Shown here one piece after another: positions 26,746-36,630 of a DNA stretch of 64,000 nt. The notes beneath the pieces were generated by a model. That model saw nothing but the letters and a program-made list of their open reading frames with translations, made no database searches and was not told where the DNA came from. The stretch is from IMG/VR virus record IMGVR_UViG_3300044693_000067. One strand, written 5' to 3'. The position numbers were made by a program, and so were the translations under genes. This DNA is from an uncultured virus (IMG/VR IMGVR_UViG_3300044693_000067). Lineage: Duplodnaviria; Heunggongvirae; Uroviricota; Caudoviricetes. Each line of letters begins with the position of its first letter. Position 1 is the stretch's first letter.

Positions 26746-28298
26746 ATCGCCCCCATCACGCCCGCAGATAGGAGGGCGTTATCTTGAAGCGCCTTACCCA
26801 TATCCTTCGCAATGCCGTTGGCGTCCGTTGCCTGCGTGTTGACGTTGATCGTAGCGATATTGGTTTCGACGGTCGTTTGACCCGCTCCCGATGCCTTAGC
26901 AGTCGCACCAGGGCCAACCATCGACGCATATTGCGTCGCCAACATCGCACGACGTTTCATTTCGCCTTCGCGATCGGCAGGGCGCTCGAACTCGGAAGAG
27001 ACGATTGCGGCGGCTTGTCCTGCATTCGTCGCGCCAGATAGATCCTGACCGGCCTTCGCCTGCGAGTTCTTCAATTCCCACTGATAGAACTGAAGTTGCT
27101 CGTCCATCGTGGAACTGCGGATGTCATGCCCGAACAGTTTGGAGAATTGGGCTTGGCGGTCGGGATGCCATTGACCCAAACCATACGCAGCGCCGTTGTC
27201 GCCGGTAGCCTGAGCGTTGCCCTTCGATTCGGCTTCGATGTTGGCTGCAATACCGATCGCCTGCTCATGGCTCCAACCCTGCTGCTCAAAGAAACTGGCG
27301 ATCTTGTTGACGTCCGAAGTCGATGCACCGGTGCCCGGAGATCCCTTGCTAACCGCAGCCGCGATCTCATCGTTCGACTTACCCGACGCCCTCATTTCGA
27401 GCGCCTTGATGAAATCCGGTGCGCTCAAATGAAAAGAAGCGTTCCACCAATCGCCGTTCTTGATGTCAGCCGCACCCTTGGCGGCATCGGTGCTTTGTAG
27501 CAACTTGATCGACGCATCCGCCGCCGCGTCGAGCGCGGGGACAAGGCTGTGGAAGACAGATTGCCCAAGAGATTCAGCCTCAGCCTTCAGATCCGCCCAT
27601 TTTCCAAGCAGGCGCGTAGACGCCTCTACATTGTCATCGCTGGCGCGCGACAGGTCGTAGTAGTGATCATGCAGTTGTTTGACAGCATCGCCGCCCTGCA
27701 TGAGCATTTGAAACGTGCCTTGATCCAACCCGAGCTGCTGAGCGAGGTTATAGGCAACCTGCTCGCCGCGGGTATCCTTAACCCGCTTGATCGCGTCGGC
27801 CAACTTATACAGATCGACCGTGTTTTTCTGCCAGTCGACCGCATCGTTGGCCCCGAGTTGGGCGAGCGTCGTGAGAAACCCGCTTTGATCGCTCGTGAAG
27901 CGCGCCGCAAGATGCCCCTCGATACCCTGAATCGACCCTTGCACGCCCTTGGCATCGCCACCGAACCGGCGCGCCGCATTCCCCCATGCATCGAGGTCGC
28001 GCACGCTCATGTTGAGCAATTGGGACGCACGCCCTAGAGCAGCGTTGCCCGTCACCATCGTAGCGACGAAATCTTTGAAGCCGTTGATCCCGAGTGCCGC
28101 GGTACCGAACGCGATTAGCTGATTCTTCGCCTTCGTGATCGCATCGGCGGCGTCATTCCACGACTTCTGCGATTCCTTGTTGCTCTTTTGCTGCTGTTGC
28201 TCGAGCTTTTTTAGCTGCTGGATTGCCTTCTTCTGCTCGGCCGTGAACTTCGACGCATCCAGCGCGAGCGTCACAACCAATTCGTCAATCGTCGTCAT
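26742..28298 (-). CDS. Tape measure protein with phage tail lysozyme domain
   Basis: IDELVVTLALD N-terminus; GIAANIEAES...AYGLGQW...FERPAD. Confidence 0.85.
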   Translation of the reverse strand: MTTIDELVVTLALDASKFTAEQKKAIQQLKKLEQQQQKSNKESQKSWNDAADAITKAKNQLIAFGTAALGINGFKDFVATMVTGNAALGRASQLLNMSVRDLDAWGNAARRFGGDAKGVQGSIQGIEGHLAARFTSDQSGFLTTLAQLGANDAVDWQKNTVDLYKLADAIKRVKDTRGEQVAYNLAQQLGLDQGTFQMLMQGGDAVKQLHDHYYDLSRASDDNVEASTRLLGKWADLKAEAESLGQSVFHSLVPALDAAADASIKLLQSTDAAKGAADIKNGDWWNASFHLSAPDFIKALEMRASGKSNDEIAAAVSKGSPGTGASTSDVNKIASFFEQQGWSHEQAIGIAANIEAESKGNAQATGDNGAAYGLGQWHPDRQAQFSKLFGHDIRSSTMDEQLQFYQWELKNSQAKAGQDLSGATNAGQAAAIVSSEFERPADREGEMKRRAMLATQYASMVGPGATAKASGAGQTTVETNIATINVNTQATDANGIAKDMGKALQDNALLSAGVMGAM

Positions 28299-28516
28299 GG
28301 CTTATTGAGAATGTATTGGTTGTGACGGTCGACAGCGTTGATTTCGAGAAGAATCCACAGATCCTCGACGCCGTACACCGTGTCGAGTTCGTGCAGCGTG
28401 GCAAGCCCAGCCGAGACTACCGTGCAGATCGTTTGCGGCGCGGCCCGATATTCAACGAGCTTTCGGCTTGTTGCTGATCCGACTCCGAGGTCGACTGGCT
28501 GCCGCCGAAAAAAAAA
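28295..28516 (-). CDS. Putative -1 frameshift extension of the tail assembly chaperone
   Basis: Open -1 frame after a T9 run; ends LATLHELDTVYGVEDLWILLEI... Confidence 0.6.
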   Translation of the reverse strand, partial: FFFRRQPVDLGVGSATSRKLVEYRAAPQTICTVVSAGLATLHELDTVYGVEDLWILLEINAVDRHNQYILNKP

Positions 28517-28878
28517 TCCGTGTGCAGGTTCCAGATCGTCTTGCGAAGTTTCAATCGCGTGGCGACTTCCTCGATGTCCTCTTCCATGAGAGGGCGAGTG
28601 ACGGACGGCTCTATCCTCTGCACACACGACATCATTTCGACGAGTAGCGGTTCAGCCTTCTCGTACGGGATCTTGAGCAGGTTGGCGTAACCAACAGCGA
28701 GCAACCCCGCCATGCCTTGCGAGATGAGGTAGGGCGGAACTTCGATTCCCGCTCCACCCGCCGCGAGCAGAGCCTTGATCGCCCATGCCTCAGCTCGTGA
28801 GGCCGGCATCTCCCGAATGAGATATTGCCGCCCCGCATCCCGGCCATCAGTCGCCGTAAATGTGACTTCCTTACGCAT
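28417..28878 (-). CDS. Tail assembly chaperone
   Basis: Between tube and tape measure genes; GRDAGRQYLIREMPA. Confidence 0.75.
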   Translation of the reverse strand: MRKEVTFTATDGRDAGRQYLIREMPASRAEAWAIKALLAAGGAGIEVPPYLISQGMAGLLAVGYANLLKIPYEKAEPLLVEMMSCVQRIEPSVTRPLMEEDIEEVATRLKLRKTIWNLHTDFFFGGSQSTSESDQQQAESSLNIGPRRKRSAR

Positions 28879-29327
28879 CAGAAGCTCGCCGCGCCGATCG
28901 GGTTGGAAATGATGTTCTGCCAGGTGATCTCGTACTTGACCGGCTGCAAAACCTTCTTCGCTGCCGGGAACGGAACCGCCTGAGTCAGATAGCCATTGTT
29001 AAGCGTGTACACCATGCCGATCGACGGCATGCTGATCGATCCATCGGCGCGGAAGACGTCATTGTTTGAATCCTGAAGCTGACGCCACGGCTCAAAAACG
29101 TTCTGGATCGAGGGCGAACTCGCCAGCAACATAATCGTCATCTTGTAAGGCACCCAGACCTTACCGGCGCTCATGTAGCCGTCGACACCCATCTGAACTT
29201 CGGCTTGATCGGCAGCCTCGCTTTCGAATGCATCGTCGACTGCGTATCCGAAGATTTGGACGGGCGCCGAAAAGATCCCCGAAACCGCGATCGCCAGCGT
29301 GGAATTTGCGGACGTGATAGTAGACAT
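28878..29327 (-). CDS. Tail tube protein
   Basis: TITSAN...MGVDG; follows the sheath gene. Confidence 0.8.
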   Translation of the reverse strand: MSTITSANSTLAIAVSGIFSAPVQIFGYAVDDAFESEAADQAEVQMGVDGYMSAGKVWVPYKMTIMLLASSPSIQNVFEPWRQLQDSNNDVFRADGSISMPSIGMVYTLNNGYLTQAVPFPAAKKVLQPVKYEITWQNIISNPIGAASF

Positions 29328-29345
29328 GTTCTATTCCCGTGGCGA

Positions 29346-31073
29346 TTACTGGATGGCGATCGAGGCGAGATTGATGGCCTGAATCGATTCCCCGTCTTGA
29401 TACAGCAGAGTCATAGGCGGCGATTGCCGAGCGGCGCGCGTCGTTGCGGTGGCGGGCGAGATTTGCAGGTAGTAGCCTTGCTTAGTGATCGTGGCCGACG
29501 CATCGAAGCCGAGCAGGTATTGAATCTGCGAAATCTGAGAAGCCGAAAGCGTGATGCCTGAACGAATCGCGCCGAAGTTGATCGCAGCGTTGATCGGCCC
29601 GGCAGCAGCAGCCCGCACCAAGGCATAGCCAGCGCTGTTGTATGGGATCGAACCGACAGATCGGAGCAGTTCGACCATCGACAACTGAAGACCGGCATTC
29701 AGCCAGATTTGATTCAGGTACGTATCCGCCCACAGCCACAAGCCCGACACGCTCCCCGGCGTCATCCAGTTTTGGTTGTTCGCCGGATTGTTGGAGCCAA
29801 AATATGTGTAGACGTTGTAGCCATGCGAAGTAACTGCGGTGTAGTTCGCAAGCGTCGTCACTGCCGCCGACAAACCGCTTTGCGACTTGAAGCACAATGT
29901 CGCGCGGCCATTGAGGCGCGTGAAGTTCAGGGATGCAGCAAAGCCGCAAATGAACGCCGCGTATTCGTTGTTCGTATTGGTGCTCGGACCCCACACAGGG
30001 CAAGTGCCGATCAACTGGTTCGTCTTGAGGTAGTCGCCGAAGGTCGTCGTGCTCGTCGTCGACAGAGCATTCGGGTCCGAATCCTGGCAGACGTACAGAT
30101 ACCGCGGCGCATTAGCGTTGCTCCACGTCGCGAACGCCTCTTTCTCGGAAATCGTCGATTCCCAAACCGTCATGAACGTCGCCCAGTTCTGGAACTGACC
30201 GACGAGCGAATCCATGAACGCGCCCGGAGTGGCTGGAGCCGCACCTTGCGAGAGAACTGCACCGGTTGCTTGAGTGAGCGAGAGGCTTGCCGCAAGCGTT
30301 CCCGTAGCGTAGGCAATGGTAGAGGCAGATCCAGTGATCGCCGAAGAAATCACGAATGCGCTCGACGTGCTGCTATACGTCACGGTCGGAGCGATGAAAG
30401 CGCCGGTCAGCGCCTCGCTTGCGACCGTCTGCGAGTTGTTGACCGTGTACGTTCCGGTTCCGCCAGTGCCCGTGCCCAGCGCCGTAACCACCGTGCCAGC
30501 CGCAACGCCAGTGCCGGACAGTTCTTGGCCTACCTGAATCGTGCCGGTGGTCGTTGCCGTCACAGTGAGCGTCGTCCCGGAAATCGAACCAGTGAACGAC
30601 GAATTCGTTTGGGTCGTCGCGGCAAGTGCAGTTTGGATCGTGGCCGCAGCAGCGGAGAAGCTGGCATCGCTCGAAAGATTGATCGACGCAGCCGACCAAG
30701 TGAAGCCGTCCACGACGACCGACAGCGAACCAGACAGCGCTTGCAACTGCGTCAGCGTCATCGAAGCGAGTGACGCGGATTCCAAGAACGCCGAGATCGC
30801 CGTTTCCGGGTAGCGCATGAAATACAGTGCGCCGGGAAGGGCGGTGCTGTTGTCGTAGCTCTTGAAGTAGTTCGTCGCGAGCTGAGCTTCGGTCGACGTT
30901 GAGCCGAAATAGTTGGCGACGACCTGTTGGCTTGCAAACTGAACCGGTGCGCCATACGGCAGCGCCGAATTCTGCGTAAGCATCACGCAGTTCAGATCGA
31001 GCGCATTGCCACCGGCAGCCAATACCGAAGGAATGACTTTGACGACCTGGGAAAACGGAACGGTGCTACCCAT
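29346..31073 (-). CDS. Tail sheath protein (DUF3383)
   Basis: YFGSTSTEAQLA, NWATF, WADTYLNQIWL, YQDGESIQAINL. Confidence 0.88.
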   Translation of the reverse strand: MGSTVPFSQVVKVIPSVLAAGGNALDLNCVMLTQNSALPYGAPVQFASQQVVANYFGSTSTEAQLATNYFKSYDNSTALPGALYFMRYPETAISAFLESASLASMTLTQLQALSGSLSVVVDGFTWSAASINLSSDASFSAAAATIQTALAATTQTNSSFTGSISGTTLTVTATTTGTIQVGQELSGTGVAAGTVVTALGTGTGGTGTYTVNNSQTVASEALTGAFIAPTVTYSSTSSAFVISSAITGSASTIAYATGTLAASLSLTQATGAVLSQGAAPATPGAFMDSLVGQFQNWATFMTVWESTISEKEAFATWSNANAPRYLYVCQDSDPNALSTTSTTTFGDYLKTNQLIGTCPVWGPSTNTNNEYAAFICGFAASLNFTRLNGRATLCFKSQSGLSAAVTTLANYTAVTSHGYNVYTYFGSNNPANNQNWMTPGSVSGLWLWADTYLNQIWLNAGLQLSMVELLRSVGSIPYNSAGYALVRAAAAGPINAAINFGAIRSGITLSASQISQIQYLLGFDASATITKQGYYLQISPATATTRAARQSPPMTLLYQDGESIQAINLASIAIQ

Positions 31074-31088
31074 TGAGGCGCTCCAATG

Positions 31089-31114
31089 AAAAAAGCCCGC
31101 TCAGTGGCGGGCTT
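31089..31114 (-). terminator. Intrinsic terminator
   Basis: AAGCCCGC/GCGGGCTT stem with an A6 run. Confidence 0.7.
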
Positions 31115-31134
31115 CGGTTGGTGTGTGATTCGGT

Positions 31135-31860
31135 TTAAGGCTTGAAGAACTGATCGATCGGCTCAAGACCAATCTTCGCGGCCGTGAAGAACTGTTGGGG
31201 GATTCCGACGATGGGATTGCACTGCATCACGCAGTCAACCACCCACCGTTCCTCGACCTGTTGGTTCTCATTCTCAAATGGCATTTGCTTGCCATCATCC
31301 GCATAGAGGGGCGCGACATCGAACCCGGATGCCGAAAAGGCATCGGTCGCGTATTCATCCCGAAAGGCTGTCGTGATGATCGCGGCGTTATCGCCCGAGG
31401 CCGGTCCATGCACGTCGAGTTGCACAGTCACTTGCGTAGGCTGCAGCATGTTCTTGCTGCCACACGCCATGATCTCGCTTGCCACCGCCTGAGACTGACT
31501 GACGGTATAGGTTCCAACGCCACCGGCTCCAGTGCCAAGGGCGGTAATCATCGTCCCGGCCGTTATATTCGCGCCGAATAGTGTCGACCCTACGGCAATC
31601 GTGCCGAGGTTCATCGACGAGACGGTCAGCGTTGCGCCGGAGATCGAACCGGTGAATGCACAATCTTGGTACTTGTCGATGTTTGTTCCAAGGCGCGATC
31701 TCAACATCGGCGTCATGACGATGAAGTTCGGTCCGACAGGCTCAGCGACACGATTATCGAGGCCGCGGATGATTTCCATTCCGGCCGGCATGATTGACAG
31801 CAGAAATGAGCGAAGCGCCGTGAGCGTTTGAGCTTCGGTGAGAGAAAGAGACGCGCTCAT
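31135..31860 (-). CDS. Neck/tail terminator protein
   Basis: Position; [16 protein letters not shown]. Confidence 0.7.
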   Translation of the reverse strand: MSASLSLTEAQTLTALRSFLLSIMPAGMEIIRGLDNRVAEPVGPNFIVMTPMLRSRLGTNIDKYQDCAFTGSISGATLTVSSMNLGTIAVGSTLFGANITAGTMITALGTGAGGVGTYTVSQSQAVASEIMACGSKNMLQPTQVTVQLDVHGPASGDNAAIITTAFRDEYATDAFSASGFDVAPLYADDGKQMPFENENQQVEERWVVDCVMQCNPIVGIPQQFFTAAKIGLEPIDQFFKP

Positions 31861-32240
31861 GAGCCATTCTGTAGCGTGACGCAGAACTTAGACCAACCCG
31901 ACGTCGAATACCAATCCTCGAACTGGAAAACGAGGAGCCAGACCGATCCATCAGGCAGCGTCACGAGATCGCCGCCTTCCTGTTGCGAACGAACGACGGC
32001 ATCCCATTCGCCGTTGGCGTACATCGCGCGCCGCTTCCCGCCGATGTTCAATCCGTCTATCTGCACGAGGTCGCGGTATTGAAGCGGTTGCATCTGGACC
32101 TGGACGGTGATCGGCGCGCCGTAGGCCGGCCCGCGCGATCCGTCTGGATTCGTTGTGTAGCCCTGCGACGGCTGAATCGACGCAGTTACCCACGGATTCA
32201 CAGTCGCCACGATCGGGCCGACTATCGAATGCAAGTTCAT
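31857..32240 (-). CDS. Head-tail/collar protein
   Basis: MNLHSIV...GGDLV. Confidence 0.65.
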   Translation of the reverse strand: MNLHSIVGPIVATVNPWVTASIQPSQGYTTNPDGSRGPAYGAPITVQVQMQPLQYRDLVQIDGLNIGGKRRAMYANGEWDAVVRSQQEGGDLVTLPDGSVWLLVFQFEDWYSTSGWSKFCVTLQNGS

Positions 32241-32869
32241 TAGTTATTGAATGCCACGTCGAGCAATTGCCCAAGAACGTCGTTTGCCGCACCGGTCGTC
32301 GAGCTAGCACCTGTCACGGTGATGTTGATCACGCCGCTTTCCGTTGCCGTCAACGCCACCGGAACGGCCGTACCAAGATTGGTCGATCCCGTCACAACCT
32401 GGGCATTCGTCGCGATCTGCGTATTTGAGCCAGCCGCGCCGTACTTCGTCACCTGGACAGTAGCGCACCATCCGCCCGCATTCGTCGTCGCGACGCCTGA
32501 GTCCGCGATCAGTGTGCCGCCCGCGACGGCCGCGCCCACCGTTTGCGTAGTCGTGCCCCACCAAATCTTGACGCGCTTGTTGTTGCCATTCGCGGCGAAC
32601 TTCCCAGCCGCCATGATCGTGACTTGGCGGCCTGAGGCATCAAGCGCGCTTGCGGGGAGCGCATACGTGAACAGGACGTCGTCCGTCGTATCGGCGCCAT
32701 TGCCTTGACCGGATGCGCTGACTTGGACACTCGCATTGCCGCCCGTGCGCACGAATCCCGGACCAGTCGCGGAGCCACCTTGCAATGCCTGCGATGAGAG
32801 TTGATTTCCAGATGCGTCGAACTGCAACTGCACGTCGCCAATCTGCGAGCTGAAAACGGAAAGTTTCAT
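32240..32869 (-). CDS. Putative virion structural protein
   Basis: Ala/Thr/Gly-rich ORF within the neck module. Confidence 0.6.
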   Translation of the reverse strand: MKLSVFSSQIGDVQLQFDASGNQLSSQALQGGSATGPGFVRTGGNASVQVSASGQGNGADTTDDVLFTYALPASALDASGRQVTIMAAGKFAANGNNKRVKIWWGTTTQTVGAAVAGGTLIADSGVATTNAGGWCATVQVTKYGAAGSNTQIATNAQVVTGSTNLGTAVPVALTATESGVINITVTGASSTTGAANDVLGQLLDVAFNN

Positions 32870-32879
32870 GTGAGTGTTC

Positions 32880-33461
32880 CTATTCGTTCACTTCGAAATC
32901 GACGCTGTTGAGCATGTGCGCCGAATCAACAAGGGGATGGTCAAAACCTTTCTTCTGGACCGTCGATTTCGCGTTAGGCGGATCGGAAAACTCGCGGATC
33001 GATTCTTGCAATTGATTCCCGACCATGTAGCCGAGTCGGCCGAGCGCGACCGTCGCGTCATAGTCCGCGCCTTGAATGATCTTCCCGAGCGCCGGACCCC
33101 ATTCGCCTTTGTGTTCTTCGATCATTGATCGGAAAAACGGACGAGGCGGCACGGTGATCGTGTATTCCTGGACATGATGCGTCGTCGAGAAATTGGCTTT
33201 TTCAGCCTTCACGAATCGGCCATTCTGCGCGAATTCGCCGTCTGACTTGACCTTGCGATTGATGGTCACATCGTGCGCCGGAATCGTGGCCGTCCCACCG
33301 TATTCGTTGATCGCGGCCACTTGCGCAACCGGCATCCCATTCGGGTAGGTCGCATTCTCAAGAAAGCCGATTTTCACCGTATTGGCTTGCCCGGCCTTTT
33401 CTGCGATTTCTCGGAGACGCTGCTCGAGCTTGTCGCCTCCCTTGAGATTGACGCCCATCAT
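32880..33461 (-). CDS. Neck/virion morphogenesis protein
   Basis: VAAINEYG, PPRPFFR, PPNAKSTVQKKG...PLVDS. Confidence 0.75.
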   Translation of the reverse strand: MMGVNLKGGDKLEQRLREIAEKAGQANTVKIGFLENATYPNGMPVAQVAAINEYGGTATIPAHDVTINRKVKSDGEFAQNGRFVKAEKANFSTTHHVQEYTITVPPRPFFRSMIEEHKGEWGPALGKIIQGADYDATVALGRLGYMVGNQLQESIREFSDPPNAKSTVQKKGFDHPLVDSAHMLNSVDFEVNE

Positions 33462-33934
33462 CGCCTCCAGCGAAATCCATTGAACGGGTTAGCGATGGGA
33501 ACCGGGCCGCGGACGTACATCATGGTTCGGTACTTGGTCGTGGCAAACCAATAGGCCGCACCGTATTTCGTTTGTGCGAACCACTGCGCCGAGCCTGGGG
33601 CAACATCAAACTGCGTTTGTACCGAGACGCTACCCTCTGTCGCGCCGGAAATGCGGCCAACGAGCGGTGACGATGCCTGCCCGTTGAGCGGGGCATTGAG
33701 CGCCGCGATGTGCGCCGTCACCATGTTTAACAACAGTTCGCGCTCGCCGCCCGGTTGGATTGCATCGGTGATGATGCTCGTCGGCGTGTTGTCGCAGTAG
33801 AGGCACGCCTCGTTGAAATACGCCTGCGCTGTTGCCGACGAGACAGACGTAGCCAACTCAGGATAGCGGGCGCTCCAATCGGTGTAGGAGAACGTCACTA
33901 CGCCGCCAGTACCGCCCCAGCATGGATCGCTCAC
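33458..33934 (-). CDS. Head-tail adaptor (DUF4054)
   Basis: RYPEL, LVGRISGATEGSVSV, WFAQTKYGAAYW. Confidence 0.82.
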   Translation of the reverse strand: MSDPCWGGTGGVVTFSYTDWSARYPELATSVSSATAQAYFNEACLYCDNTPTSIITDAIQPGGERELLLNMVTAHIAALNAPLNGQASSPLVGRISGATEGSVSVQTQFDVAPGSAQWFAQTKYGAAYWFATTKYRTMMYVRGPVPIANPFNGFRWRR

Positions 33935-34416
33935 GATGCCCTACGCATGTCGCTGGATTCTTGAACGCCCTTCGGCAAATTCTTCGGATCAAGGCGTTCG
34001 ATGTTGGATTTGAGTTCTGCTTGGTCCGTCGCGCGCGATGTGACGCTGGCTGCCTCCGAGTGGGCGAAGATCATCTTGTTCTTCACCATGTCCAACTCCT
34101 TGTTCTGATCGAGCCATTCATCCCAAAATGCTCTCGGGATACCATGCGTAATGGCATAGCCGCCAACGATTTGCTGATGCGGGCCTTGATTCTGCGCCCA
34201 CGAGTTGCCTTGAACGATGAACGACTCAGCCGACATACGCTCCTGCGCTTGTTTGAACGTGCGAACACCCCCGCCCATAACGGGCTCGCTACGTTCTACG
34301 AAATCATAGAGCTTCAAGATAATGTCGAAGGGCGCTTTGCTTGCAACAACGACCGTTGCATTCGAGGGGACGTCGTTGTTCTTCTTGACATGAAGCGTGG
34401 ATTCTTGGGTTGCCAT
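33931..34416 (-). CDS. Conserved head-module protein
   Basis: GGYAITHGIPRAFWDEWL. Confidence 0.7.
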   Translation of the reverse strand: MATQESTLHVKKNNDVPSNATVVVASKAPFDIILKLYDFVERSEPVMGGGVRTFKQAQERMSAESFIVQGNSWAQNQGPHQQIVGGYAITHGIPRAFWDEWLDQNKELDMVKNKMIFAHSEAASVTSRATDQAELKSNIERLDPKNLPKGVQESSDMRRAS

Positions 34417-34519
34417 GTTGACCGCCTATGAAGATGACCGATAAAGAAGGACCGCGCGTCGAGCCGGTACGGTCAGGCCGGCCGGGAGTGCGACTCCTGA
34501 CGCGCGGGTTACTGCTCGG

Positions 34520-35620
34520 TTAGATACCTACCGTCGTGTTCAGCGCAAACGGTTGACGCAAGATGAAGCCCGAAACGCCTTGCGACAGTTTTTGCTTGTA
34601 CGACGAGAGATCGCGCACGACCGGACCTGCGCGCAATTTCGCGTTGAACGAGCAGTATCCAGACTTCTGTCCGCCCGCATCCGGGCAGTACAGTTGCATC
34701 GTTTCGCCCAGCGCATTGCCTTGCGGGTTCTGAGCCGTCAGGGCGCCGTACTGAACGGCGCTCTTGATCTCCATGCCGGGGAAGTTCTTCTTCAGTAGAT
34801 CCGACACGTTCACATTGAACGAGTTCGTCGCGGTCAGCGCACCTTCGCGAGCTGGTGAGAGCGCCAGCACGAATTTCGACTTCAGGTTGATGCGGCCAGC
34901 CGATTGGTTGATCGCCTGAATTACGAGCGATTGAATGTCGGCGAAGATTTCGTTAGCGGTAGCTGCTACGACATTGCCGTTCATCCACGAAGTGCCGCCC
35001 CATGCCTTCGGAGCGGGCGTAAGCGCCGCGGGGAGCGACGGATCATTCAGCGCGCCGTAGTTCTGCAAGCCCGCCACGCCGCGGAAGTATGCAAGGTTTT
35101 GGAACTTGTTCAGGCCGTCGATCGCCGCTTCCTTCTGTTCGGCAACGAATCCGATCTTCGCCAGGCCAGCCCGTTCGATCTCAAGATCGCCATATTCCGT
35201 CACGGTCTGATAGAGATACGGCTGACGCTCCGGGAAGTTCGTGTTGATGCCGGCGCGCCCGTTGTTGTTGTAGTCGCCGTAACTCGAGACTTCATACGTG
35301 CGCTCCACAACCGGGAAGATTAGCGTCGTCGACGTCCAATCGCCTTTTTGCTCTTCGCCGAAGATCGAAGCGGCTTCGTTTTCGGCCGTCAAGATGCGGA
35401 GAACGTCCGGGTCAGTGAAGAACGTCAGATACGCCGGGATGCCCGAGTTCGGTACCGTCACCAGGGACGGTTGCGCATCCATTGCGAGATTGATGTCTCG
35501 CTTCCACTCCGGGCGGCAAAAGGCTTGCGCCTCGGGAAAGTCGATACCCCAAACGCGGCGATGATAGTCCATCGCTGCGCGCTGTTCCGTGGGGGACATG
35601 TCATACGCCAGTTTGGCCAT
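34520..35620 (-). CDS. Major capsid protein (DUF2184-like)
   Basis: AMDAQP, SSYGDYNNNG, YGALNDPSL; size and position. Confidence 0.85.
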   Translation of the reverse strand: MAKLAYDMSPTEQRAAMDYHRRVWGIDFPEAQAFCRPEWKRDINLAMDAQPSLVTVPNSGIPAYLTFFTDPDVLRILTAENEAASIFGEEQKGDWTSTTLIFPVVERTYEVSSYGDYNNNGRAGINTNFPERQPYLYQTVTEYGDLEIERAGLAKIGFVAEQKEAAIDGLNKFQNLAYFRGVAGLQNYGALNDPSLPAALTPAPKAWGGTSWMNGNVVAATANEIFADIQSLVIQAINQSAGRINLKSKFVLALSPAREGALTATNSFNVNVSDLLKKNFPGMEIKSAVQYGALTAQNPQGNALGETMQLYCPDAGGQKSGYCSFNAKLRAGPVVRDLSSYKQKLSQGVSGFILRQPFALNTTVGI

Positions 35621-35642
35621 GATGGTGAATTCCTTGAGCAAT

Positions 35643-35666
35643 AAAAAAGCCGCCCGAAGGCGGCTT
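35643..35666 (-). terminator. Intrinsic terminator between cement and capsid genes
   Basis: AAGCCGCC-CGAA-GGCGGCTT with an A6 run. Confidence 0.7.
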
Positions 35667-35686
35667 GATGCGAGAGATTGAGAGGA

Positions 35687-36604
35687 TTAGGCGCTGACAG
35701 TCGGCCACGTGGTGATCTTGACGAGTTCGCCCGGAGCAGCAGCCGAAGCGGCAGCCCAGTTCGGCATCAATGTGCCGGAGGCAACCGTGATCGTTTCAGA
35801 TGCGACGGTCTGGCCGACGCTCACGATGTACGTGCCATTACCGCCCGTGCCCGTGCCGAACGCGACGATGGCCGTACCGGTCGTGACGCCGCTACCCGAC
35901 AACGTATCGCCGAGAGCGAGCGCGCCAGAGCCGACGGCCGTAACCGTCATCAGGCCATACGAGCCGGTGATCGTCGTGCTCGCGACCGTTTGAGCCGCGC
36001 CGCTCACTTGATACGTGCCGGCACCGCCAGCCGTGCCAGTGAGTTGCGAGACGATTTGCGTACCGGCTGCGACACCCGTACCGCTGATCGTTTCACCGAC
36101 GTTCAATTGGCCGGTCGTAACGGCTGAGACCGTCAAAGTCGTGCCGCTGATCGAACCAGTCACCACGTCTGCGGCGATCGAGCCCGTCACGCTCGCGCCG
36201 GTCCAGTTCGAACCGAATTGGATTTGACCCGTCGAGTTGTTGACGTAGAACTGTTGGCCCTTGGCCGAACTCGTCGAGCCCGCATTCTTGGCCCAGAAGC
36301 CGCCCGCGCTGAAGAGCGTCATCGGCGAACCCGGATACATGACGAGTGTATCGTCAGCAAGGTAGGTCGTGATGATAGCTTGCTGGTCGCGATGGACGAA
36401 GCCATCGGGTACGCCTGCGCCGTGGTTGTGGACTGAGCGACTATCGGCCGGATCGACCCAAGCGAAGAGTCCGACACTTACGCCTTCAGGGCCGGCGATG
36501 AGTGCGCCCGCGCCGGCATTGACCGTCGCGCGGGGGTTGGAATCGCAGAAATCACCGAGTACAGCCGGCGCCCCCTGCACGTTCACGATTGTGGGAAAGC
36601 CCAT
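35687..36604 (-). CDS. Capsid cement/decoration protein
   Basis: [21 protein letters not shown]; directly upstream of the capsid gene. Confidence 0.75.
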   Translation of the reverse strand: MGFPTIVNVQGAPAVLGDFCDSNPRATVNAGAGALIAGPEGVSVGLFAWVDPADSRSVHNHGAGVPDGFVHRDQQAIITTYLADDTLVMYPGSPMTLFSAGGFWAKNAGSTSSAKGQQFYVNNSTGQIQFGSNWTGASVTGSIAADVVTGSISGTTLTVSAVTTGQLNVGETISGTGVAAGTQIVSQLTGTAGGAGTYQVSGAAQTVASTTITGSYGLMTVTAVGSGALALGDTLSGSGVTTGTAIVAFGTGTGGNGTYIVSVGQTVASETITVASGTLMPNWAAASAAAPGELVKITTWPTVSA

Positions 36605-36630
36605 GAATTACTCCTGAATGTGTGAATGGC

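Noticed and set aside
29709..30773. Long antisense ORFs (also 18099-19067, 40818-41750, 50144-51061)
   Set aside because: Shadow frames of GC-rich genes on the opposite strand, with no motifs
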